Shown: positions 18,015 through 26,118 of the stretch, piece by piece | Position numbering within the stretch: position 1 is the first letter of the stretch | How the letters are laid out: every line of letters begins with the position of its first letter | Assembly (NCBI GenBank): GCA_942493095.1 | Contig: OW818675.1 | Coordinates: 2,730,001-2,762,000 of the forward strand | Direction: 5' to 3' | DNA length: 32,000 bases | From: Candidatus Electronema halotolerans | Lineage (GTDB): Bacteria; Desulfobacterota; Desulfobulbia; Desulfobulbales; Desulfobulbaceae | Translations under genes and position numbers: made by a program | Notes under the pieces: model-generated | The model's database searches: none | Told to the model about the DNA's origin: nothing | What the model saw: the letters and a program-made list of their open reading frames with translations, nothing else

Positions 18015-19760
18015 TCACTTGCAGAAAAACAGCTTCTCCTCAAGCCCGGAATGCCGTCGGGTGCGGGAGCGCACTGCCGCTGCCAGTGTTTCGTGGTCAG
18101 CGCAGAGAATCAGCCTGCTTTTGGCGCGGGTGATGCCGGTGTAGAGCAGCTCCCGGCTGAGGACGCGGTTCTCCTCTTCTGGCAGGAGGAGCAACACCTG
18201 ATCAAACTCCGAGCCTTGCGCCTTATGCACTGTGACCGCGTAAGCAGTCTCGTGCTCTGGCAGCAGGGTGGGCGTGACCGGATGCAGGCTGTGGTCAGGC
18301 CGCCGGAACCACGCTTTAAGCCTGCCGTCTTGGTCGCGCCAAAGCAGGCCAGTGTCGCCGTTGAAGAGCTTGAGGTCGTAATGATTGCGCAGGATGATGA
18401 CAGGCCTGCCCTGATAGTCGCTGTCCCAGTTGATCAGCCCGGCCCGGCGCAGCACTTCCTCAGCAAGCCTGTTGACCGCCTCGGTCCCATTCGGCCCCTT
18501 ATGCACCGCACAGAGGAAGCGGAACCGCTCCATTGCCGCGAAGCCCTCTTCCAAGGATTTTGCTCCAGCCATGCCCTGAAAACCGGGCAGCATCTGCTTG
18601 CGCAGCCATGCCTCGCGTTCTTTGCCGGTGCAGTGTTCCAGCTCCAAATCAGCAAAGCCTGCGGCCAGCACCGCCTCAACCTCTTCCGGCGCGCCGTTGT
18701 TCACGGCTGCGGCCAGTTTGCCGATGCCGCTGCCTGCGTGAAAGCGATGGCCGGTGCGCAGCAGAATGCAGGAGTCGTCCATTGGCCCGCCTTGCCCTGC
18801 TGTGGCCGGAACATGCGCAGTGCCGGTGAGTTGTTGTAATTCTTTGCAAAGCTGGGGCGACCAAGCAGGTTCACCGCTGCCGCAGAGGTCGGCAAAAAGG
18901 CTGCCTGCCTCGACTGAGGCAAGCTGGTTGCGGTCGCCGAGCAGAATCAGCCGGGCTGACAGCGGCAGGCTCTCCAACAGGGCCGCCATCAGCATCACAT
19001 CAATCATTGAAGCTTCGTCCACAGCCAGCAGGTCAAGATCAAGGAGATTGTCGCGGTTGTGTCGGAATTCCTCAGCATCGGGCCGGGCACCGAGGAGCCG
19101 GTGCAGGGTCTGGGCCTGCTCCGGCACGTGGCGGCCCAGTTCATCTGGCAGGGCATGGCGGGCGGCGCGGATGGATTCCTCCAAGCGGGCTGCGGCCTTG
19201 CCAGTCGGGGCGGCCAAGGCCATGCGCAGCGGTCTCGACCCATTGTGCGTGGCTTGCAGCAGGGCAAGAATGCGGGCCGCTGTATATGTCTTGCCTGTGC
19301 CTGGCCCGCCGGAAATCACTAAGAGCGGCTTGAGCAGGGCCATTGCGGCGGCTGTTTGCTGCAAATCCGGGCGGTCGGCTGAATGCGGAAAAAGCCGCTC
19401 CAGCAGAGGCCGGGCGGTCTGCGGATCAGCCAAGCTGGTCTCCTTAGCCCGCCGGAGCAGCTCACAGGCAATCAGCTCCTCCGCCTTATGAAAACGATGC
19501 AGATACAGGCGGTTCTGCTGATCAAGAATCAGGGGGGCAGTCTCGCCGGGCTGGCCGACCACGCCGCTCCGCAGCAGACTGCGCCGCCACTGCTGCGGCT
19601 CCGGCAGAAGAGCGGGCGGCAGGCTGAACGGCAAGGCCTCGCGCTCGGCCAGCGGCCAGCAGACATGACCGCTGCCTGCCGCCGCGCTGGCAAGGGTTGC
19701 GGCAAGGAGCAGCTCAGGTTCTTTCCTGCTTTGGGCCGATTTGCCAGCCTGCTTTTCCAA
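18015..19760 (-). CDS. recD: Exodeoxyribonuclease V alpha subunit (RecD1-type helicase)
   Basis: Walker A ISGGPGTGKTYTAARIL, VDEASMIDV, ILLGDRNQLASVEAG, C-terminal YAVTVHKAQGSEFDQVLLLLP and LLYTGITRAKSRLIL. Confidence 0.92.
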   Translation of the reverse strand: MEKQAGKSAQSRKEPELLLAATLASAAAGSGHVCWPLAEREALPFSLPPALLPEPQQWRRSLLRSGVVGQPGETAPLILDQQNRLYLHRFHKAEELIACELLRRAKETSLADPQTARPLLERLFPHSADRPDLQQTAAAMALLKPLLVISGGPGTGKTYTAARILALLQATHNGSRPLRMALAAPTGKAAARLEESIRAARHALPDELGRHVPEQAQTLHRLLGARPDAEEFRHNRDNLLDLDLLAVDEASMIDVMLMAALLESLPLSARLILLGDRNQLASVEAGSLFADLCGSGEPAWSPQLCKELQQLTGTAHVPATAGQGGPMDDSCILLRTGHRFHAGSGIGKLAAAVNNGAPEEVEAVLAAGFADLELEHCTGKEREAWLRKQMLPGFQGMAGAKSLEEGFAAMERFRFLCAVHKGPNGTEAVNRLAEEVLRRAGLINWDSDYQGRPVIILRNHYDLKLFNGDTGLLWRDQDGRLKAWFRRPDHSLHPVTPTLLPEHETAYAVTVHKAQGSEFDQVLLLLPEEENRVLSRELLYTGITRAKSRLILCADHETLAAAVRSRTRRHSGLEEKLFFCK

Positions 19761-19928
19761 AAAGAGGCCAAGGTGCAGATCGAGCGGACGGATTTCTCCC
19801 TGCTCGCAGGCCTGCTCCAGCAGAAGAGAGATGAGGAGAGTGCTTTTCAGGGGAGCTTGTTCTGAGGGAGGAAAGACAGACAGCGGGTCCCGGCTTGGTC
19901 AGCCAAGACCCGCAGGCGGGACAGCGGC

Positions 19929-20180
19929 TTACTTCTTTTTCTTGCCAGAAGCCCGCTTGGCTGCCTTGAGCGGATTGAGCTTGACTACAGCCACTTGGAT
20001 TTCCGGCTTGGCGTGGGTGGCCAAGTTGCAGAAACCCAGCCGCCATTTTGCCGCCGGTTTCATGAAGGTGCCGCAGTACTGGCTGCCGCCCTCTTCAACC
20101 ATGCGGTCGCAGCCGCTGCATTTTTCAATGACCGGCTGAAAGCCGCCGGAGCTGTATTTTTTCGCGCTGCTGCTCTGCAT
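19929..20180 (-). CDS. PxxKW family cysteine-rich protein
   Basis: MQSSSAKKYSSGGFQPVIEKCSGCDRMVEEGGSQYCGTFMKPAAKWRLGFCNLATHAKPEIQ contains the eponymous PxxKW and Cys spacing. Confidence 0.8.
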   Translation of the reverse strand: MQSSSAKKYSSGGFQPVIEKCSGCDRMVEEGGSQYCGTFMKPAAKWRLGFCNLATHAKPEIQVAVVKLNPLKAAKRASGKKKK

Positions 20181-20213
20181 TGGGTGAACCTCCTGAAAAA
20201 ATATATATTTTCC

Positions 20214-20242
20214 TTGAACAGAGAAAGAATCTTGCATACAAT
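20214..20242 (+). promoter_or_regulatory. Candidate sigma70 promoter for pilC
   Basis: TTGAAC, 17-nt spacer, TACAAT. Confidence 0.45.
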
Positions 20243-20263
20243 AAGAAAATCTGTGACAGAGAG

Positions 20264-20277
20264 CCATTTATAAATGG
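20264..20277. repeat. 14-bp perfect palindrome in the PxxKW/pilC intergenic region
   Basis: ccatttataaatgg is self-reverse-complementary. Confidence 0.85.
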
Positions 20278-20335
20278 TATTGAGGCGACTGTCAACAGTT
20301 TGTCCTGAAAAACACATCACTCTGGAGTCTGAGCA

Positions 20336-21541
20336 ATGCCGGTCTATGTCTGGAAGGGAAAGAACTCGCTTGGCAACAAGATCAAAGGCGAGCTGGAGGC
20401 GGTCAACGAGGCAGGGGCGCAGGGCCAGCTCAAGCGGCTGCGCATTCAAAATCCAATCATCAAGGAGAAGCCCAAGGACCTGTTCGCCAACGTGGCCTTT
20501 CTCCAGCCGAAAGTCACTGGCAAGGACATTGTCGTCTTCACCCGGATGCTGTCAACCATGATTGACGCGGGCCTGCCCTTGGTGCAGAGCCTCCAGATTC
20601 TTTCCAAGCAGCAGGACAATGCCTCTTTCAAACGGGCGCTGACCGAGATACTCAGCGATGTCGAAACCGGCATGACGCTGGCCGACGGCATGCGCAAACA
20701 TCCAAAAATATTTGATGATTTGTTCGCCAACATGATTGAGGCCGGTGAATTAGGCGGCATTTTGGACACCATCCTCAGCCGCTTGGCAGGGTTCAAGGAA
20801 AAGTCCATGGCCTTGCAGCAAAAGATCAAAGGCGCCATGACCTATCCGGTCATCGTCATTGGCGTTGCCATCCTTATTGTCGGCATCATCATGGTCTTCG
20901 TCATCCCGGTTTTTCAGGAGATGTTTGCCAGCATGGGCGGCGCGCTGCCCATGCCGACCCAGATTGTTGTTAATATAAGCGAGTTCTTAAAATCGAATAT
21001 TATCTATATAGGAATTGGGCTTTGGCTGCTCGCTTTTGCGGTTAAGAAATATTACGGCACGGAAAAAGGACAGATGCAAATTGATGCCATGCTGCTGCAG
21101 GCACCGGTTTTCGGCCCGCTGATCCGCAAGGTGGCAGTGGCCAAGTTCACCCGCACCCTGAGCACCATGCTGGAAAGCGGCGTGCCGATCCTTGATGCCC
21201 TCCAAGTTGTGGCCAAGACTGCGGGCAACAAGATCATCGAACAGGCCGTTGTCCATGTGGCCAACTCGATTGCTGAAGGCCGCCCGATTGCCGAGCCGCT
21301 GGAGGAATCCGGCGTGTTTCCAACAATGGTGGTGCAGATGATCAATGTCGGCGAGTCAGTCGGCGCGCTTGATTCCATGCTGTCCAAGATCGCCGACTTC
21401 TATGACGAGGAGGTTGATCAGGCCGTGGAAAACATGACCGCCATGATCGAACCATTCATGATGGTCTTTCTCGGTGTCACCATCGGCACCTTGGTTGTGG
21501 CCATGTATCTGCCGATCTTCAAAATGGCGGGCAATCTCTGA
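20336..21541 (+). CDS. pilC: Type IV pilus / type II secretion inner membrane assembly protein (PilC/GspF family)
   Basis: 401 aa: FTRMLSTMIDAGLPLVQSLQIL, two T2SSF domains, AMTYPVIVIGVAILIVGIIMVFVIPVF, FTRTLSTMLESGVPILDALQ, MIEPFMMVFLGVTIGTLVVAMYLPIFKMAGNL. Confidence 0.95.
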   Translation: MPVYVWKGKNSLGNKIKGELEAVNEAGAQGQLKRLRIQNPIIKEKPKDLFANVAFLQPKVTGKDIVVFTRMLSTMIDAGLPLVQSLQILSKQQDNASFKRALTEILSDVETGMTLADGMRKHPKIFDDLFANMIEAGELGGILDTILSRLAGFKEKSMALQQKIKGAMTYPVIVIGVAILIVGIIMVFVIPVFQEMFASMGGALPMPTQIVVNISEFLKSNIIYIGIGLWLLAFAVKKYYGTEKGQMQIDAMLLQAPVFGPLIRKVAVAKFTRTLSTMLESGVPILDALQVVAKTAGNKIIEQAVVHVANSIAEGRPIAEPLEESGVFPTMVVQMINVGESVGALDSMLSKIADFYDEEVDQAVENMTAMIEPFMMVFLGVTIGTLVVAMYLPIFKMAGNL

Positions 21542-21587
21542 TGGCGGCAAAAAAAAGCGACCGGTTGCCGATCATTCTTGATAATGA

Positions 21588-21616
21588 TTGACATTCCCAT
21601 TAATTTCCCGTACTGT
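21588..21616 (+). promoter_or_regulatory. Candidate sigma70 promoter for the IHF-alpha gene
   Basis: TTGACA, 17-nt spacer, TACTGT. SD-like ACAGGAG just before the ATG at 21661. Confidence 0.45.
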
Positions 21617-21660
21617 TGCAGCAGGTTGCAGATCAATAACATCGACAGGAGAACACGTTC

Positions 21661-21945
21661 ATGACCCTGACAAAAGCAAATCTGATTCAAGCTGTCTATA
21701 AGAAGCATCCCGGCCTGACCAAGACGCAGGCCGCTGATTCGGTTGAGACCTTCATTCAACTGGTCAAGGAGTCCCTGATCAGCGGCGAAGACCTGCTCCT
21801 CAGCGGCTTTGGCAAATTCAATGTCAAGGACAAGAAGCCCCGGCGCGGGCGCAATCCGCAAACTGGCGATGAGCTGATCTTGGATGCCCGGCGGGTGGTG
21901 ACCTTCAAACCGTCCGGGATACTGCGCAGCAAGATCAATCAGTAG
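21661..21945 (+). CDS. ihfA: HU/IHF family DNA-binding protein, probable integration host factor subunit alpha
   Basis: 94 aa: MTLTKANLIQAVYKKHPGLTKTQAADSVETFIQLVKESL...GFGKFNVKDKKPRRGRNPQTGDEL. Confidence 0.85.
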   Translation: MTLTKANLIQAVYKKHPGLTKTQAADSVETFIQLVKESLISGEDLLLSGFGKFNVKDKKPRRGRNPQTGDELILDARRVVTFKPSGILRSKINQ

Positions 21946-23041
21946 AAGTGACTCGTATTGGCTGCTCCTGCACCAGACCGTGCAGGAGCAGATCGTTGCC
22001 CAGTGTTTCCGTCTTGATTTCCTTCAGCAGCACCTCCGGCGCACTGCCTGTGAAAAGCGGTGTTCCGCGCTCGCCAAGAAAATGTGGAGCCAGAAAAAGA
22101 AAGGCCTGGTCGATCAGTCCAGCCCGCAGAAAGGCTCCATGCACTGCCGCGCCTCCCTCGACCAGCACTGATGTGATATCCCTCTGTCCCAGACAGCGCA
22201 GCACCTGACGCAGGTCAAGCCGTCCATCTTGATTCGTGTCAATTGGATGGATCACTGCGCCTGCCTGTTCCAGCAGGCTTCGCCGTTCAAGAGGAGCATC
22301 CTTGCGGCAGAAAATCCATGTTTGCGCTGCTGATTCCTGCTGCAGCATCTGAGCATCCGGCGGCAGGCGGAGCTGACTGTCCAGCACCACCCGGAGTGGA
22401 TCGCGGCCATCTTCCAAACGGCAGGTGAGATTGGGATTGTCAATCAGAGCAGTGCCAATGCCGATGAGAATGGCATCCAATTCGTTGCGCAGTTCATGCA
22501 CCCGCTGCCATGACTCCGGCCCGGTGATGGCTCCGCCTTGGCCTCGTTCCCGGCTGATTCTGCCGTCCAAGCTCATGCCCGCCTTCATCACTGCCCACGG
22601 CAGACCAGTGCGTGAATGCTTGAGAAAAGGATAGTTGAGCTGGCGGCATTCCTGTTCCAGCAAACCGATTTCCACAGTCACGCCTTGACTGCGGAGAAAG
22701 TCCACCCCGCCAGCGGCAGCAGGATTGGGATCGGCCATGCCGACCACCACCCGCTGGATGCCTGCGGCCAAAACTGCCCGACTGCACGGCGGGGTTCTGC
22801 CAGTGTGATTGCACGGCTCCAAGGTGACGTAGAGCGTGGCTCCGGCGCAGGCCGCTCCGGCATCAGCAATGGCATGAACCTCAGCATGAGCTGTGCCAGC
22901 TTTTTGATGCCAGCCAGTGCCGATCACCTGCCCGTCCTGAACCAAAACTGCCCCGACGCAGGGATTGGGCGCAGTCCGGCCTTTGCCCTTCTTGGCCAGC
23001 TCCAAGGCCAAGCGCATGAAACGGAGATCAGCTTCGCGCAT
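21935..23041 (-). CDS. ribD: Bifunctional diaminohydroxyphosphoribosylaminopyrimidine deaminase / 5-amino-6-(5-phosphoribosylamino)uracil reductase
   Basis: MREADLRFMRLALELAKKGKGRTAPNPCVGAVLV, HAEVHAI, TLEPCNHTGRTPPC, VKAGMSLDGRISRERG, VLVEGGAAVHGAFL. Confidence 0.93.
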   Translation of the reverse strand: MREADLRFMRLALELAKKGKGRTAPNPCVGAVLVQDGQVIGTGWHQKAGTAHAEVHAIADAGAACAGATLYVTLEPCNHTGRTPPCSRAVLAAGIQRVVVGMADPNPAAAGGVDFLRSQGVTVEIGLLEQECRQLNYPFLKHSRTGLPWAVMKAGMSLDGRISRERGQGGAITGPESWQRVHELRNELDAILIGIGTALIDNPNLTCRLEDGRDPLRVVLDSQLRLPPDAQMLQQESAAQTWIFCRKDAPLERRSLLEQAGAVIHPIDTNQDGRLDLRQVLRCLGQRDITSVLVEGGAAVHGAFLRAGLIDQAFLFLAPHFLGERGTPLFTGSAPEVLLKEIKTETLGNDLLLHGLVQEQPIRVTSTD

Positions 23042-23501
23042 CACCCTTGTTTTTGTCGAGCACGTGCTTGAGTTCATCCATGAATTCGCTGACATCCTTG
23101 AACTGCCGATAAACCGAGGCAAAGCGGACATAGGCAACCACATCAAGATCAGGCAGGGCCTCCATCACCCATTCGCCGAGCTGGGAAGTGGGCACTTCCT
23201 TGCCGCCGGTGTCCTGCAGCCTGCGTTCGATCTGATCAACAAAGGCATCAAGCTGCTCCATGCTCACGGGCAGCTTTTCGCAGGCTTTTTCAAGACCAAG
23301 CAGCATCTTGCCCCGGTCCCACGGCTCGCGGCGGCCATCCTTTTTCACCAGCATGGGCATGGTCATCTCAATGCGCTCATAAGTGGTGAAACGCTGCTCG
23401 CAGGAGAGGCAGTGCCGCCGCCGCCGGGTGATGGTGCCGTCCCGGCTCAGGCGGGAATCAATCACCCTGTTGTCCAAGTTGCCGCAGTAAGGGCACTTCA
23501 T
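23028..23501 (-). CDS. nrdR: Transcriptional regulator NrdR
   Basis: MKCPYCGNLDNRVIDSRLSRDGTITRRRRHCLSCEQRFTTYERIE plus an ATP-cone domain. Confidence 0.95.
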   Translation of the reverse strand: MKCPYCGNLDNRVIDSRLSRDGTITRRRRHCLSCEQRFTTYERIEMTMPMLVKKDGRREPWDRGKMLLGLEKACEKLPVSMEQLDAFVDQIERRLQDTGGKEVPTSQLGEWVMEALPDLDVVAYVRFASVYRQFKDVSEFMDELKHVLDKNKGDARS

Positions 23502-23502
23502 G

Positions 23503-24762
23503 CTACTTGCCCTCCTTGTCCCGCACCATCTCAGGATAAAGGGGAAAGACCTCGCAGAGCTGGCGCACTTCCTGCCGCACTGTGCTGATTTCCGCCGGGC
23601 TTCTTGCAGTCAAAATACGGTTGATCCAGTCGCCGATTTGACGCATTTCCGGCTCCTTCAGACCTCTGGTGGTCACAGACGGGGTGCCGATGCGGATGCC
23701 GCTGGTGACAAAGCGCGGCTGGGTGTCAAACGGAATGGCGTTCTTGTTGACTGTCAGCCCGGCCTCTTCCAGCAGATGTTCCGCGTCCTTGCCAGTCAGC
23801 CCCTTGCTGCTCAGATCGATGAGTATGAGATGGTTGTCCGTGCCGCCAGAAACTATGCGGAAGCCGTGCTCCTTGAGCCGTTCAGCCAGCACCTTGGCAT
23901 TGGTGACAACCTGCTGCTGGTACTGGCGATATTCCTCAGTCATCGCCTCCTTGAAGCCAACCGCCTTGGCCGCAATCACATGGACCAGCGGTCCGCCCTG
24001 AATGCCTGGGAAGATGTTGGAATCTAATCCCTTGGCATATTTTTTCTTGGCTAAAATCAGGCCGCCGCGTGGCCCGCGCAGGGTTTTGTGGGTGGTGGTG
24101 GTGACAAAGTCAGCATAAGGCACTGGCGACGGATGCACTCCGGCAGCGACCAGCCCGGCAATATGGGCCATATCCACCATCAGCAGCGCGCCAATCTGGT
24201 CGGCAATATGGCGGAAGGCTTCAAAATCAATGAGGCGCGGATAGGCACTGGCCCCGGCCACGATCATTTTGGGCCGATTCTCAAAGGCGACCCGCTCCAC
24301 CTCAGCCATATCAATGGTTTCAGTGTCGCGCTTCACACCGTAGGAAAGGAAGTTGAAGAGCTTACCGGAAAAGGAAACTGCCGCGCCGTGGGTGAGGTGA
24401 CCGCCGTGCGCCAAGTCCATGCCCAGCACTTTGTCACCCGGCTTGAGGGCGGAAAAATAGACGGCCATGTTGGCTTGGCTGCCGGAATGCGGTTGGACAT
24501 TGGCGTATTCAGCACCAAAAATTTCCATTGCCCGCTCAATGGCCAACGATTCCACCTTGTCGGCGTAGTCGCAGCCGCCGTAGTAGCGTCTGCCTGGATA
24601 GCCTTCAGCGTATTTGTTGGTGAAAATAGAGCCTTGCGCCTCCAGCACCGCCGGAGAGGCTATATTTTCCGAGGCGATCAGCTCCAGCTGGTTGGCTTGG
24701 CGTTCCAGCTCATGCTGCATACACTGATAAACATCCGGGTCTGTTTCTTTTAATGCAGTCAT
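23503..24762 (-). CDS. glyA: Serine hydroxymethyltransferase
   Basis: 419 aa: [55 protein letters not shown]. Confidence 0.97.
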   Translation of the reverse strand: MTALKETDPDVYQCMQHELERQANQLELIASENIASPAVLEAQGSIFTNKYAEGYPGRRYYGGCDYADKVESLAIERAMEIFGAEYANVQPHSGSQANMAVYFSALKPGDKVLGMDLAHGGHLTHGAAVSFSGKLFNFLSYGVKRDTETIDMAEVERVAFENRPKMIVAGASAYPRLIDFEAFRHIADQIGALLMVDMAHIAGLVAAGVHPSPVPYADFVTTTTHKTLRGPRGGLILAKKKYAKGLDSNIFPGIQGGPLVHVIAAKAVGFKEAMTEEYRQYQQQVVTNAKVLAERLKEHGFRIVSGGTDNHLILIDLSSKGLTGKDAEHLLEEAGLTVNKNAIPFDTQPRFVTSGIRIGTPSVTTRGLKEPEMRQIGDWINRILTARSPAEISTVRQEVRQLCEVFPLYPEMVRDKEGK

Positions 24763-24814
24763 AAAGATAACTCTTTGGAATTACGCTGTATCTGAAGCAG
24801 GATAGGATAAAATG

Positions 24815-24851
24815 AGTGACTGCATGGCATCCATGCTTGCCGTTGGTCACT
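24815..24851. other. Nested hairpin upstream of glyA
   Basis: agtgac-t-gcatgg-cat-ccatgc-ttgccgttg-gtcact: outer 6-bp and inner 6-bp perfect stems. Confidence 0.4.
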
Positions 24852-24951
24852 AAAACAGAGCAAATTCTTTCAGCTTCGCATTTAAGGTGCCAATAATACA
24901 AAAATTGCTTTATCCTGTCAACTTGTCTGATGTTTTTTTGCAGGTGCAATC

Positions 24952-25728
24952 TCAACCGGCAAGATCGCGCCGGAGCCGGTCAAAGAAGCGGCCAACTTGG
25001 CGCGGATGATGAGCATCAGAACCGACGATCAGAGGAATGCCCATTGCTGCGGCCTGTCTGATGATGTCCAAGCGGGGATAAGGCTGAGGACGGATTTCAT
25101 AGCCGGAGGTGTTCACCTCCAAGGCAATGCCTTTGTCCCGCATGAGCCGGAGCAGCACGCTGATCTGCTCCTGATGGCGGCTGCTGAGGCGGATATCTGG
25201 CAGATGGCGCAGGGCTGCGTCAAGATGGCAGAGCTTGTCGCAGGGAATTTCGGCGCAGGCTTGAATCAGGCTGCGGAAATAGTCCTCCAGCACTTTGTCC
25301 GGGTTGAGCACCAGCAGCGCGTCAATATGCTGCTGTCTGCTGCTGAGAAGATTGAGATGGCGGCTGCCGTCAAAATAGAAATGACAGGACAGCCCCCGGT
25401 GCTCAAAGGGAAAGCGGTCTAAGACCGCCCGCAGCTCATCCGCAGCGGCAGCGTTCCAGCCGATCTCCACTCCCAATCTGATCGTGATCTGATCAGCATA
25501 TTGCACCCGCAGCCGCTCGCCTTCCTGAAAATAACCAATGAACAGCTCCGGCGTGAGCCATATCTGCTGCTCATAATGAAGACCGCATTCCAGATGCTCC
25601 AGAAAGGTCAGGGCGCGAAAGCCCTTGTTCAGCGCAGCTTGGACATAGTCCTCCATTTCGCCGGAGGCATGATTGCAGAACTTGGTATGAACATGGTGAT
25701 CACCGCTGAGGTCAGGCATGAGCAGCAC
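24952..25728 (-). CDS. PHP-family phosphatase, histidinol-phosphatase (HisK)-like
   Basis: DLSGDHHVHTKFCNHASGEMEDYVQAALNKGFRALTFLEH, LGVEIGW, SCHF, DAALRH, LIVGSDAHHPRQVG. Confidence 0.75.
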   Translation of the reverse strand: MLLMPDLSGDHHVHTKFCNHASGEMEDYVQAALNKGFRALTFLEHLECGLHYEQQIWLTPELFIGYFQEGERLRVQYADQITIRLGVEIGWNAAAADELRAVLDRFPFEHRGLSCHFYFDGSRHLNLLSSRQQHIDALLVLNPDKVLEDYFRSLIQACAEIPCDKLCHLDAALRHLPDIRLSSRHQEQISVLLRLMRDKGIALEVNTSGYEIRPQPYPRLDIIRQAAAMGIPLIVGSDAHHPRQVGRFFDRLRRDLAG

Positions 25729-25755
25729 CTCAGCGGCGGGAAGAGAAACAGGGCA

Positions 25756-25956
25756 TCAGGCATTGCCCTTGGGGAAAAAGTGAATCACCCCGTCAATATC
25801 CGAGGTGTCGCAGACATCGCCGAATTCCATCTCAAAATTGAACATCTCAACAATATCGTTCATTTCCATGGAAAAGGACGGGCCGTCAGGAAGATGATAG
25901 ACCAAGGTTTCAACTTTGCTGAAATCTATTGGTCTGGCAAATATTTTTTTCATCAA
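25756..25956 (-). CDS. Small hypothetical protein
   Basis: 66-aa minus-strand ORF just upstream of the PHP gene: MMKKIFARPIDFSKVETLVYHLPDGPSFSMEMNDIVEMFNFEMEFGDVCDTSDIDGVIHFFPKGNA. Not recognised. Confidence 0.5.
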   Translation of the reverse strand: MMKKIFARPIDFSKVETLVYHLPDGPSFSMEMNDIVEMFNFEMEFGDVCDTSDIDGVIHFFPKGNA

Positions 25957-26118
25957 TAGTCCATACGTTAATGGTTGATCAGCTCGGCTCCAGTGACAGT
26001 CCGCAGCAGCATCTGGCTCTGGTTAAATTATAGTTTCTTTTCCTGAAAAAGCAAGATGCGGCATGTTCATGCGCGCTGCGGCAAGGGGTGAACCGCTGCC
26101 GTGCCGCAGCGCAACAGA

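Noticed and set aside
19884-19920. GC-rich hairpins between recD and the PxxKW gene, considered as a terminator
   Set aside because: Stems are short and imperfect and no T-run follows on the minus strand, so they do not meet the intrinsic terminator pattern.
23042-23146. N-terminal extension of ribD
   Set aside because: Standard RibD sequence starts at MREADLRFM (23041). The extension is a shadow of nrdR.
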